DNA of 64,000 bases from positions 308,158 to 372,157 of the forward strand of contig CAWIYV010000001.1 in NCBI GenBank assembly GCA_963840455.1, read 5' to 3'. Position numbers and translations under genes: made by a program. The notes below the pieces were generated by a model. The model made no database searches. It had not been told where the DNA came from and saw nothing but the letters and a program-made list of their open reading frames with translations. Position 1 is the stretch's first letter, and each line of letters starts with the position of its first letter. Source of the DNA: Nitrospirota bacterium (GTDB lineage: Bacteria; Nitrospirota; UBA9217). Below are positions 30,465 to 40,356 of the stretch, piece after piece.

Positions 30465-31271
30465 ATGCTCCGCTCCCAACACGTCACGCGGTTCATCATC
30501 GTTTCCCTCAGTCTGCACCTCCTGTTCTTCGCCGCCGTGCTCAGGGTGACCAGCAAAACAGACATGTCCCTGCCCACGCTCACGCCCGTGGACATCGTGA
30601 ACCTGCCGAAGAACGTCATCGAGAAACTGCCGCCTGTTGAGGCACGGCCGGCGCCCATGCCGGTCACGCCGCCGGTTCCACCGCGTCCCATGCCCGAGCA
30701 GACCACGCGTCCGGAAAGCGTCCCGGGGCCGAAGCACTTCGGCACATCGCCGGACATTGCCCTTCCCCGAACAACGCCGCCGCAGGGCCTGCCCGAGGGC
30801 AGCGACAGGGGGACCTCGATGACCGGCAAGCCCGACACGGGCGTTCACGCGCCGGGCAAAGGGCCGCTCCCGTTCCTCAGCCAGGCCGATATAGACGAAT
30901 TCGCCCGCAAGGGCATGCCGGCAAAAAAACCAGGCGACGAGTCGGTCACCCTGGACACCGACGAGTTCAAGTTCATGTCCTACAACCGCTGGCTCAAGAT
31001 CAAGGTGGAAAGCGTCCTCAGGTACCCCGAGCTCGCTGCCCTCTCCGGCCTCCAGGGAACGCTCTATATCCAGTTCAACATCATGAAGGACGGGTCGCTC
31101 GGGGATCTCGAGCTTCTCAGGTCGTCGGGCTACAAGATCCTGGACGACGAAGCGCTCCGCGCCATCCGCAATTCCGCCCCTTTCCAGCCCCTCCCTGATG
31201 GATGGAAGATGGACCATTACACGATCCGGGCCGCGGTCCTGTTCTACCTCAGCGGGGCATACATCCGGTGA
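30465..31271 (+). CDS. TonB-family energy transducer
   Basis: SLSLH TM anchor, Pro-rich linker, YP..A...G.QG, SSG..ILD.EA C-terminal domain. Confidence 0.85.
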   Translation: MLRSQHVTRFIIVSLSLHLLFFAAVLRVTSKTDMSLPTLTPVDIVNLPKNVIEKLPPVEARPAPMPVTPPVPPRPMPEQTTRPESVPGPKHFGTSPDIALPRTTPPQGLPEGSDRGTSMTGKPDTGVHAPGKGPLPFLSQADIDEFARKGMPAKKPGDESVTLDTDEFKFMSYNRWLKIKVESVLRYPELAALSGLQGTLYIQFNIMKDGSLGDLELLRSSGYKILDDEALRAIRNSAPFQPLPDGWKMDHYTIRAAVLFYLSGAYIR

Positions 31272-32467
31272 GCGACCTGGTCAGGATCGGGGCGGCCTTC
31301 GTCCTCATCATCGCGCTCCTGCGCATCCGCTGGAACCTCGGCGCGGTCATGCTCCTGGCCTCCGCCCTCCTTGGCGCGCTCTACGGCATCGGCCCGGTCG
31401 CACAACTCGTGGTCATGGCCGGGGCCGGCGCGGACCCGGTGACCCTGAACCTCGTCGGGGCACTGGTCCTCATCATGGTGCTCGAGAACATCATCCGGAA
31501 GCGCGGCCTGCTGAAGCAGATGACCGGATCGCTCTCCCGCATTGCCCGGGACCGGAGGATCTCCATGGCCGTCCTCCCCGGCGTCATCGGGCTCCTTCCG
31601 TCTGCCGGAGGCGCTGCCTTCTCTGCGCCCATGGTGCAGGAGGCGGCCGGCGGGATCCCGGTCTCCCCGGAGCGCCGGGCCTTCATCAACTACTGGTTCC
31701 GCCACATCTGGGAGTACATCTCGCCGCTCTACCCCGGCATCATCCTGGTTGCCGCGGTGACCAGGTTACCGCTCAACAGCCTGCTGCTCTCCCAGCTGCC
31801 CCTCCCCATCGCGGTCGTTGTCATCGGCGCCCTGTTCTGCTTCCGGGGCGTCGAAGGGCATGCGATGCCTGGTGAACGGGAGAAGGGAGATGTGAGGGAC
31901 CTCGTTGTCTCGCTCCTGCCGATCATTGCGTCCCTCGTCCTGGTCGTGGTCTTCAAGCTCAACCTGTCCGCCGCCATGGCGGCCATCGTCATCGCGCTCT
32001 TCGCCATCTACCGGTATTCCCTGCCGGAGATCGGAACGGCGATCAGGGAAAGCATTTCCCTGAACGTCATCCTGATGGTCTTCGGCATCATGGCCTTCAA
32101 GTACATGCTCGACGCCTCGGGGGCCATCGAGGCCCTTCCCCGGTTATTCCGCGAAAGCGGACTGCCGCCCGTGGCAATCTACTTTGCCCTGCCGTTCCTG
32201 GTGGGGCTCCTCACCGGGCTCACCGTGGGGTTCGTGGGCTCCACGTTCCCGATCATCACGGCCATGACGGGGGGGCATCCGGACGCGGCAACGGTGACCT
32301 TTGCCTTCGCCAGTGGCTTCGCCGGCGTCATGCTCTCGCCCACCCACCTCTGTCTGCTGCTCACGGTCCAGTACTTCAAGGCAGACCTTGCCGGCACCTA
32401 CCGGCTGATGTATGTGCCGGTGCTGCTCGTTTTCCTCGTGGGGTTCGGTGTCTATCTTGTCCCATGA
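31268..32467 (+). CDS. DUF401-family membrane protein
   Basis: GLLPSAGGA.FSAP, NYWFRHIWE..PLYPG, SPTHLC; GTG start overlapping the tonB stop. Confidence 0.8.
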   Translation: MSDLVRIGAAFVLIIALLRIRWNLGAVMLLASALLGALYGIGPVAQLVVMAGAGADPVTLNLVGALVLIMVLENIIRKRGLLKQMTGSLSRIARDRRISMAVLPGVIGLLPSAGGAAFSAPMVQEAAGGIPVSPERRAFINYWFRHIWEYISPLYPGIILVAAVTRLPLNSLLLSQLPLPIAVVVIGALFCFRGVEGHAMPGEREKGDVRDLVVSLLPIIASLVLVVVFKLNLSAAMAAIVIALFAIYRYSLPEIGTAIRESISLNVILMVFGIMAFKYMLDASGAIEALPRLFRESGLPPVAIYFALPFLVGLLTGLTVGFVGSTFPIITAMTGGHPDAATVTFAFASGFAGVMLSPTHLCLLLTVQYFKADLAGTYRLMYVPVLLVFLVGFGVYLVP

Positions 32468-32710
32468 ACGCCCCTCCCCTCGCGAGTAGCTGGTCAACGT
32501 CACCAGACACGGGCGCAGGCGAACACGCAATGATATCATTCCCTGCGTGACCCGGGGGAGGTCGGAGGCTTCCGCACGGTTTTATACCGACACCCTTGTT
32601 ATTTAAGGCGAGATTTTGTAATATTTTACAGGTGGTACTGCTGTTCCCGTTCGGGACCATCGGCATGGACCCTGGCACGGAGGAGACATTTCCCCCGATC
32701 ACTGGAGGAT

Positions 32711-33112
32711 ATGATGCCGCTCACATACGAGATCGATCGGTCACGACGGATCGTATTCACCCAAGCCATCGGCATACTGACGCCGCAGGACCTGTTCACC
32801 TATCAGAACGAGGTCTGGTCGGCGCCGGAGCTCCGGGGATACGACGAATGCGTTGATATGCTGGCGGTGACGGACATCGAAGCGGCGACCGATAGCAACA
32901 TGAAGGCACTGGCGGAACTGTCGGCCCGAATGGACGACCCCTCAACGAAGTCCAAGTTTGCCATCATCGCACGTGAGGACCTGCATTATGGCCTTGCCCG
33001 CATGTATGAGGCCTATCGGAGCATGCAGCCGAAGAACACACGGACATTGGCGGTCTTCCGGACGCGGGAAGATGCCCTGCGCTGGCTTTCCGGGGAAAAC
33101 ACGGCCTCCTGA
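32711..33112 (+). CDS. Hypothetical SpoIIAA/STAS-like protein
   Basis: GGAGG RBS; K.AI.A....YGLARMY...VF.T.EDA..WL pattern. Confidence 0.65.
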   Translation: MMPLTYEIDRSRRIVFTQAIGILTPQDLFTYQNEVWSAPELRGYDECVDMLAVTDIEAATDSNMKALAELSARMDDPSTKSKFAIIAREDLHYGLARMYEAYRSMQPKNTRTLAVFRTREDALRWLSGENTAS

Positions 33113-33317
33113 TCGGGAAACGATCGGTCTGCTGGCGCTCCCTGCTCGCACTCGCTCAGTACGCCCTCTGAGACCAGATATTCCCACCTGCCATCTATTA
33201 TCACTATCGAATATATAGAGAAAATTACTTGCATTTCGAGCCTTCCTGTGATATTTTATCGGTCTTCAAATGAGTAAGGTCGATTCCCACGGTCGCCGCA
33301 CCGGACCGCCCGGGATT

Positions 33318-33362
33318 ACTCCTTGCTCCCCGCCGGTCGGGGGGCTATAACCCAGAAGGAGG
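33318..33362 (+). promoter_or_regulatory. S6:S18 ribosomal protein leader (autoregulatory RNA)
   Basis: CTCCTT pairs with AAGGAG(G) RBS around an inner GC hairpin and unpaired CCC, directly before rpsF. Confidence 0.65.
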
Positions 33363-33368
33363 CAGCAT

Positions 33369-33764
33369 ATGTCGATTTATGAGTCCATCTTCATCATCAA
33401 CCCCAACCTCTCGGACGACGAGACCAACGCCATCATCAAGAAGATGCAGGACGTGGTAGCGAAGCAGGGCGCCGAGATGCTCAAGTTCGAGGACTGGGGA
33501 AAGAAGAAGCTTGCCTACGAGATCAAGAAGCAGAAGCGCGGCCATTACGTGTTCTTCCAGTTCAAGGGAGCGCCGGCTGCGGTAGCCGAGCTCGAGCGCA
33601 CCTACAAGATGACCGACGCGGTCATCAAGTTCCTCACCGTAAGGCTCGAGAAGGAGCTGCGCGTCAAAGCGCCGCCGAAGCCGAAGAAGGAAAAGCCGGC
33701 CGGCACCGTCAGCAGCAGGCCGTCCAGCGAGCACCGCTCATCCAGCGAGCACCGCTCGGCCTAA
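33369..33764 (+). CDS. rpsF: 30S ribosomal protein S6
   Basis: YESIFI.NP, WGKKKLAYEI. Confidence 0.96.
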   Translation: MSIYESIFIINPNLSDDETNAIIKKMQDVVAKQGAEMLKFEDWGKKKLAYEIKKQKRGHYVFFQFKGAPAAVAELERTYKMTDAVIKFLTVRLEKELRVKAPPKPKKEKPAGTVSSRPSSEHRSSSEHRSA

Positions 33765-33806
33765 CCCCGACGTCCCTGCGCACCGCCGGGACCAGGAAGG
33801 AGCAGC

Positions 33807-34220
33807 ATGAACAGCTTCAACAAGGTGATCCTCCTCGGCAACCTTACCCGCGACCCTGAGGTCCGGTACACGCCCAGCGGCACTGCCGTGGCAAGCTTTG
33901 CCATTGCGGTGAACCGGAAGTACAAGCAAGGCGAGGAGACCAAGGACGAGGTCAGCTACATCGACATCGTCGTGTTCGGGAAAACGGCCGAGAACTGCGG
34001 CCAATACCTGAACAAGGGGGACGCCATCCTGGTCGAAGGCAGGCTGCAGCAGCGCCGGTGGGACGACAAGGATTCCGGTCAGAAACGCAGCAAGGTCGAG
34101 GTCGTTGCGCAGCTCGTCAATTTCATGCCGAAACGCACCGGCCAGGCAGGCCAGAGCGCGAAACAGGAACAGGAACCCATGCCCGAGCCGCCCGTGGACG
34201 AGGGGGAGATCCCTTTCTAG
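33807..34220 (+). CDS. ssb: Single-stranded DNA-binding protein
   Basis: NKVILLGNLTRDPEVRYT, C-terminal EIPF. Confidence 0.96.
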   Translation: MNSFNKVILLGNLTRDPEVRYTPSGTAVASFAIAVNRKYKQGEETKDEVSYIDIVVFGKTAENCGQYLNKGDAILVEGRLQQRRWDDKDSGQKRSKVEVVAQLVNFMPKRTGQAGQSAKQEQEPMPEPPVDEGEIPF

Positions 34221-34277
34221 ACCGTCCGCGGCACCCGGCAGGACAGGCACCATAACCAATTTACGAGGAGCACTTAC

Positions 34278-34655
34278 ATGGCAGAAACTACCGAAAACAA
34301 ACCACCGGCACCCGGCCCGTCGTCACCCAGGCCGTCGTCACCCAGGCCGTCAGGGTTCCGTCCATCAGGACCCCGGTCATCAGAGGGCGGCAGGCCCCGG
34401 GACACGCGCCCCGGCGGACCTCACAAGAAGCGGTTCCAGGTCAGGAAAAAGGTCTGCCGGTTCTGCGTCGACAAGGCGCCTTTTATCGACTACAAGGACC
34501 TCAAGACCGTAAAGTTCTTCATCACCGAGCGCGGCAAGATCCTTCCCCGCCGCATTTCCGGCAACTGCGCCCGCCACCAGCGGGAGATCACCGTTGCCAT
34601 CCAGCGGGGTAGGAACATCGCCCTCCTGCCGTTCTCGGGAGAGAAGACCAGCTAG
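34278..34655 (+). CDS. rpsR: 30S ribosomal protein S18, Zn-binding form, with long N-terminal extension
   Basis: [28 protein letters not shown]. Confidence 0.96.
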   Translation: MAETTENKPPAPGPSSPRPSSPRPSGFRPSGPRSSEGGRPRDTRPGGPHKKRFQVRKKVCRFCVDKAPFIDYKDLKTVKFFITERGKILPRRISGNCARHQREITVAIQRGRNIALLPFSGEKTS

Positions 34656-34684
34656 GCAGCACCGCAGCAGTTCGACATTTTCGA

Positions 34685-34732
34685 GGGAAACCCGGCCGTT
34701 GCCGAGCAGGTCACGGGGGTTTCCCTTTTTTC
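34685..34732 (+). terminator. Probable terminator after rpsR
   Basis: GGGAAACCC...GGGTTTCCC followed by a T-run. Confidence 0.6.
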
Positions 34733-34774
34733 TTGTTTCATTTCGTTCTTGAGTGGGCGTAAAGCTAGTTGATG

Positions 34775-35180
34775 TTAAGCAGCTGTTTGCGAATTTTTTG
34801 CACATCCCTTTCGCGTCCTGAATGAATTTCTTGACCCGTCTAAAGGCCACGTCCGCTCGCCCGCGCAAACTCGGCCTTCGGCCTCAGACATGCGCGTTCG
34901 CCCTGCGGGACGCTGCCTTAGGCCAAGACGGGTGCCCAAGAAATTCATAGGGCCGCTCCAGGGACGTGCGGGGTTGGAATAAACCCCATGGGAAAATCCA
35001 GGCAGGCGACCGAGGACGAGGGTTAAACATTTCGGATGTCCGAAGCCCAAAGGGCGAGTTTCCGAAATGTACCGAGGACGACCGAGCCTGCCGTAAAGGA
35101 TTTTCGCCGGGTGACCTTCTTGGGTGCCACCTTTCTTGGGCACGCAAGAAAGGTGGCAAAAACAAAAGTTAATTTAAGCA
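34775..35180. mobile_element. ~400-bp non-coding palindrome-rich MITE-like insertion
   Basis: 10- and 13-bp perfect stems, internal ACCGAGGACGA repeat, flanked by TTAAGCA direct repeat. Confidence 0.5.
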
Positions 35181-35196
35181 TATCATTGGAGTTTTC

Positions 35197-36150
35197 ATGC
35201 CCTATCGGTCCATACTCATCGCCGCTGTCCAGGCGGCAGGTCTCACGGTCGCGGGGTTCCTGGTCCCGGTCCTCGGGCAGATCGTCGTCCTTTTCGCCCC
35301 CGTGCCGCTCATCACCATCGCCATGCGGGAGGGACGCAAGACGGGCATCATTGCCATGGGAGCGGCGGCTGCACTGGTCGCCGTCATCGTGAGTGGCCAG
35401 GCCGTGTTCGTGCTGTTCTTCCTCAGCTTCGGGCTCATGGCCCTGGGTATCTCGGAAGGAATGATGCGCCGCTTCAGGCCGGAGCAGGCCATCCTTGCCG
35501 GCGGCCTCCTGCCCCTTGCCGCGCTGATCGTGGTCCTCACCCCGCTCCTGCTCAAGGCAGGCAAGAACCCGGTCACCCTTACGGAGGATTACCTGCGGAC
35601 AAGCATCACCCAGGCACAGCAGCTCTACACCCAGCTCGGTCTTGCCGAGGTGGCGCAGATGCTTGCATCCATATCGGACAAGATGATCTACTACCTGGTG
35701 CGCCTCAGTCCCGGCCTCATCCTGGCCACCACCCTCTTTCAGGCGATCTGCTGTTACGGCATGGCGCGGACCATCCTGCTCAGGAAGGACCCGGGCCTCC
35801 CGGTCCTTGACAAACCATCCTTCGCCGAATGGCACGCACCCGACCTGTGGGTCTGGGGGCTCATCGCCACCCTCGGTCTCGTTGCCAGCGGGCTCATCGC
35901 CAAGGTTGACTCCATCGCCTTCTTCGTCGGTCTGAACCTCGCCCTCCTGTACCTGTTGGTCTACACGGCGCAAGGGGCCGCTCTCGTGGAATTCTGGCTT
36001 CGGAAAGTTAAGATCGGTGTTGTCTGGCGGAGCTTCGCCCACACCATCATCCTGACGCTGCCGCCCCTCATCGCCGTGGTCGTCGCCCTCGGGGTGGTGG
36101 ACATCTGGGCGGATTTCCGGAAGGTCCGGAGCATACCACCCACTCCCTGA
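35197..36150 (+). CDS. YybS/DUF2232-family membrane protein
   Basis: Multi-TM; F.EW..P, QG, LGVVDIWADFRK; usual position after rpsR. Confidence 0.85.
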   Translation: MPYRSILIAAVQAAGLTVAGFLVPVLGQIVVLFAPVPLITIAMREGRKTGIIAMGAAAALVAVIVSGQAVFVLFFLSFGLMALGISEGMMRRFRPEQAILAGGLLPLAALIVVLTPLLLKAGKNPVTLTEDYLRTSITQAQQLYTQLGLAEVAQMLASISDKMIYYLVRLSPGLILATTLFQAICCYGMARTILLRKDPGLPVLDKPSFAEWHAPDLWVWGLIATLGLVASGLIAKVDSIAFFVGLNLALLYLLVYTAQGAALVEFWLRKVKIGVVWRSFAHTIILTLPPLIAVVVALGVVDIWADFRKVRSIPPTP

Positions 36151-36323
36151 TCCGGAGAAGCGGAATCGAAACGTATGAACCGCCATGGCCAAAGAGAGGG
36201 CCACACGGGGGCGCGAAGGTCGCTACGGTTTTCATGCTTGGAAAAGCCAACCCGAAGATTTTCTTCGCGTCCTTTGCGTCTGCGCGGTGAATTTTCGTTT
36301 CTTGTTCCGGTTTTTCTGGTATA

Positions 36324-36617
36324 ATGCCCTCCAAGATGCGCCTTTCCAAAGACCTCATCCAGCACATTGCCGCCGCGATCTCCGCCAACCTCGACAGCAA
36401 GGGGCTGGCCAAGTACGACGTGCCCCGGGATGCCGTGACCGCCAAGATCACCGAAATCATCACCACGAACATGCTTGAAGAGGACAAGCTCAACAAGGAT
36501 GTTGAGAAGCTCCTTTCCGCGCACGAGGCCGAGATCGCCAGGGGACAGATGGATTACCGCAAGGTATTCGAGCTCACGAAGCAGAAGCTGGCGAAGGACC
36601 GGGGGATGGTCCTATGA
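36324..36617 (+). CDS. DUF507-family protein
   Basis: MRLS start region, K.KLAK.RG.VL C-terminus. Confidence 0.78.
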   Translation: MPSKMRLSKDLIQHIAAAISANLDSKGLAKYDVPRDAVTAKITEIITTNMLEEDKLNKDVEKLLSAHEAEIARGQMDYRKVFELTKQKLAKDRGMVL

Positions 36618-36892
36618 GGCTGAGCGAAGACCGGATCTCTCATGTCTCCCACCTGGTCCTGGACATGCTGATGCAGGACCGGCACGTCGACGCGATCCAG
36701 CCCGAGGAGCGGATCCTCCGCGAGATCAAGCGCACCATCACCGACGAGCTCAAGTTCGACGACGAGGCGGACACCGTGGTCCGGACAATGATCCAGTCCC
36801 TCTCGCGCAAGGTACCCGAGGGGAGCCGCGAGTGGGAGGTCCTCTATCAGAAGTACCGGGAAGAAGAACTGCGGAGGCGACGGAAGCTTTGA
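36614..36892 (+). CDS. DUF507-family protein (paralog)
   Basis: MRLSEDRISH, EGSREWEVLY.K..EE. Confidence 0.8.
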   Translation: MRLSEDRISHVSHLVLDMLMQDRHVDAIQPEERILREIKRTITDELKFDDEADTVVRTMIQSLSRKVPEGSREWEVLYQKYREEELRRRRKL

Positions 36893-39087
36893 GGAAGTTC
36901 GTTGATCTTGGTCTTGGCCTGTACGCTCTTCTGGCCTGTCTGGGCCTGTTCATCAGGCCGGGACTGACCGTCTCCCAGCTCTCCCTCATTGCCTTGTACT
37001 GCTGGATCGCGGGCTACCTGCTCCTGGTCTTCCGGATCTCCTACGAATTCGTCTTCTCCGATTCGCCCCTCCTGCCCATACCCTTCCGGTTCATCGCGCT
37101 CGGCGTCATCTTCGTCAACTTCATCATGCAATTGACCGGCGGGGCCCACTCCAACTTCTGGTCGGCCTATTACCTCTTCGCCGTCGTATTCGCCGCTCTT
37201 TCGCGTCTCCCCCAGGCGGCGCTCATGGTCCTCGCCATCCTCTCCGTTGAGCTCTGCAGCCTGCTTATCACGCGTCAATTCGATGCCGCCCAATGGCAGA
37301 CCTATGCCGGTTTCGGCCTTTCACTGGCAGGCTTCTCGCTGGCGACCTCGTTCATCACGGGGTATGTCCTTAAGGAAGCGGACCAGGCGAAGGATGCCTT
37401 CAAACGACTCGAAGAGAAGGCTGATGCGGTCGACCCTCTCGCAGAACCGGCAAAGCTCGAGTCCCTCATGCCGGGAAGTCGGCAGGCTGCAAACCTCCGT
37501 ACGGCGAGGGACCGGGAAGCAAGCTTTAAGGGACTGCTCGACATGATGTTCTTGATCGTCCCCGCACACACCTACGCCCTTTTTGTTAAAGAGCGCCGGG
37601 AAAGTTCGGAAATGTTCGTCCTCAGAGCATGCAGGACCGAGAGCCAGGGCAAGGACGATGTCATTCCCGTCGGGACCGCCCTGGAACCCGCTGCCGGAAA
37701 GACGGGGATCGACTTCTGTGCGCTGAACGGCATGTGGCCCATTATCTGCCCGATCTTGCCCCGGATTCGGTCCACTTTCTCGGTTACTATGGCCGCGATG
37801 TGAAGAACATCCCGGTCAGATCGGCAATGCTCATACCCATCCTGTCCACGGACCAGGAGAATGTAGTCGCTGTCCTCGCGGTCGACAAGGTCACCACGGA
37901 CTCATTCTCCAGCGATACCCAGGAAATGCTGAAGCGCTTTTCGGCGTTCTTCCTTGAGGTCATTGAAAATACCCAGTTGTCACTCGACCTTAAGACACGA
38001 GGCGACCACTTCGGGGCACTCCATGATATCAGCACCGATCTGAACAGCAGCCTCCTGTTCAGTGAAATCATCGCTAAGGTCATTCCCCAGATCAATAAGA
38101 TCGTCCCGTTCGATCACTGCGCGTGCGTGCTGAAGACTGAACTCGAGGGGAAGACCGTGCTGCAGCTTACGGCGCTCGACGGATACAACCCAGAAATGTT
38201 GGGCCGGACGTTCGCGGTCGAGGAAAGCGCGATCATCCATCGCCTCTATCAGGACTGGCAGAACCGCCCCCCCCATGACCGGAACAGAGACACGACGGTC
38301 TACTACAAAAGGAGCTACGGTGAAGGAGAAAGGAAATCGGCATCTTCCCCTTCAAGGAGCTCCATCTGCCAATCCAGTCCCTCTACGTAAGACTGCTGGT
38401 CGCCGAACGACAAATTCATCGGCGTGTTCCTCCTTGCATCCCGGCGGCGCGACGCCTTTTCTGAATACCATCGCGACTACCTGCTCGATACCCTGATGAA
38501 CCAGATCGGCCACGTTGCGGAACAATTCCCTGCTCCACAAGAAGATCGATGACCTGCCACGGACCGACGGCCTCACCGGCCTCTTGAACCACCGGACCTT
38601 CATGGAGATGCTGAACGCGAAGTATCGGGAGCTGGAGCGCACGCCCCGGCCCTTTTCCATCCTCCTCATGGACATCGACAAGTTCAAGCTGGTGAACGAC
38701 AAGTACGGCCACCCCATCGGCGACATCGCGATCAAGGCCGTCGGCCGGATCCTGCAGGACACCATCCGCGGAACGGACTTCGTGGCCCGTTACGGCGGCG
38801 AAGAGTTCGCCGTCGGCATGGTCGAGACCGACCGGAAAGGCGCCGAGCTGATGGCGGAGCGCGTCCGCTCCCTCATGGAGAAGACGATGGTGGCCAGGGT
38901 GTCCGACGGGGAGCTCAAGTGCACGTTGAGCATCGGCGTGGTCTCCTTCCCCGAGGACACGGACGACCGCGCCCGTCTCGTCACCATGGCCGATGAGGCC
39001 CTGTACCACGCGAAGCGCAACGGCCGGAACCGCGTCAGCCTGTACCGTGATGCCACGAAAGAGCCTGCCCAGCCCGTGCAGCCCTGA
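36889..39087 (+). CDS. Membrane sensor diguanylate cyclase (TM + GAF + GAF + GGDEF), broken by about four frameshifts
   Basis: TM N-terminus, GAF-like segments in successive frames, TDGLTGL.N, DIDKFK.VND..GH..GD, RGTD I-site, GGEEF; shifts near 37730, 38330, 38408 and 38522. Confidence 0.8.
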
Positions 39088-39116
39088 CCGCCCTTTTCAG
39101 GGGAATCTGATGAAAA

Positions 39117-39145
39117 TGCAACCTTTTACCCCTTTCCGGGTCTAA
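39117..39145 (+). promoter_or_regulatory. ECF-sigma-type promoter, probably autoregulatory and leaderless
   Basis: TGCAAC-17 bp-GTCTAA ending 4 nt before the ATG of the ECF gene; no SD. Confidence 0.55.
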
Positions 39146-39149
39146 TATC

Positions 39150-39743
39150 ATGACGAACGGCCATCCCACAGATGATGATCTCGAACTGCTTGACCGCTGC
39201 GTCGCTGGCGACCGCGATGCCTTCGATGAGCTTGTCCTGAAGCACCAGAAGCCGCTCTATTCGATGCTCTACCGCATGGTGAGCGACGCCGACGATGCCG
39301 CCGATATCCTGCAGAAGGCCTTCGTGAAGGCCTTCACCGGCATCAAGGGGTTCGAGCGGCGTTCAAGCTTCCGGACCTGGCTCTACCAGATCGCCATCAA
39401 CCTGGCAAAGAACCTGTATCGGGACCGGGCACGCGCCGGTCGCGTATCTCTCGACGATGTCATCATCCGGCGGGACCCGAAGACCCTGGAATCGCTGATC
39501 AAGAAGGAAACGCGGGACCGGCTGTACAAGGCGCTCACCTCGCTCCCGGAAAAACAGCGGCTCACGGTGATGCTCAGGATCCAGGAACAGAAGACCTTCG
39601 AGGAGATTGCCGGCATCATGAAGTGCTCTGTGGGAACGTCCAAGGCAAACTATCACCACGGGGTGCAGAAGCTCAAGGCCATGTTCGAAGAACCAGGGAC
39701 CGGGAGCCAGAAGCCAGGAGAAGAGAATGACATGCAGAAATAA
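39150..39743 (+). CDS. ECF sigma-70 factor
   Basis: DAADILQ, SSFRTWLYQIAIN, LPEKQR, EEIA..M..SVGT.K. Confidence 0.92.
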   Translation: MTNGHPTDDDLELLDRCVAGDRDAFDELVLKHQKPLYSMLYRMVSDADDAADILQKAFVKAFTGIKGFERRSSFRTWLYQIAINLAKNLYRDRARAGRVSLDDVIIRRDPKTLESLIKKETRDRLYKALTSLPEKQRLTVMLRIQEQKTFEEIAGIMKCSVGTSKANYHHGVQKLKAMFEEPGTGSQKPGEENDMQK

Positions 39744-40353
39744 GGACATACACGAACTGCTACCCGCCCATCTTGAGCGAAAGCTCGACGAGGCGGCACG
39801 AAGGAACGTCGAGCAGCATCTGGCGGCCTGCGGGGACTGCAGGGCTGAGCTCGGAATACTTCGCATGCTTGCCGAGGAGGCCGTCCCCGACCCGGGGGAG
39901 GCGTTCTGGGCCGCCCTGCCGGGCAGGGTCTACCGCGACGTCCAGGAGCGGCGGCAGCGCGAAAGGTCGTGGGGGCTGCCTTGGGCCCTGGACCGGTTCC
40001 TTCGCCCGCGCTGGGTCGTATCTGCCGCCGTGGTGCTTCTGGTAGCGGCTATGGCTTGGTTCTTCACCCTCCCCTCCCCGTTGCATATGGCGGAGGTCGG
40101 ACCGCCGGACAGCGGGGCATCGTACGAGGACATGTACGACTCCGGTCCGATCGAACTGGCGGAGCTCGGTGATCCGGAGCTCCAATCGCTTGATGCATGG
40201 GCCTCCGGGGAGCTCACGGCGCTGATGGGCCAGGCGACGGACCTGCTCACGAACGGCCAGGACCTCTCCATCGACGATAAGCTCGCGGAACTGAACACGC
40301 AGGAGCTTGAACAGCTTTCCAACAAACTGGATGAATACGAGGAGGAGGGATAG
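39727..40353 (+). CDS. Zinc-finger (HxxxCxxC) anti-sigma factor
   Basis: HLAACGDC, single TM. Confidence 0.88.
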   Translation: MTCRNKDIHELLPAHLERKLDEAARRNVEQHLAACGDCRAELGILRMLAEEAVPDPGEAFWAALPGRVYRDVQERRQRERSWGLPWALDRFLRPRWVVSAAVVLLVAAMAWFFTLPSPLHMAEVGPPDSGASYEDMYDSGPIELAELGDPELQSLDAWASGELTALMGQATDLLTNGQDLSIDDKLAELNTQELEQLSNKLDEYEEEG

Positions 40354-40356
40354 AGC

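Noticed and set aside
38515-39087. Hypr-GGDEF (cGAMP synthase)
   Set aside because: The guanine-specifying Asp in GHPIGD is retained, not replaced by Ser or Thr.
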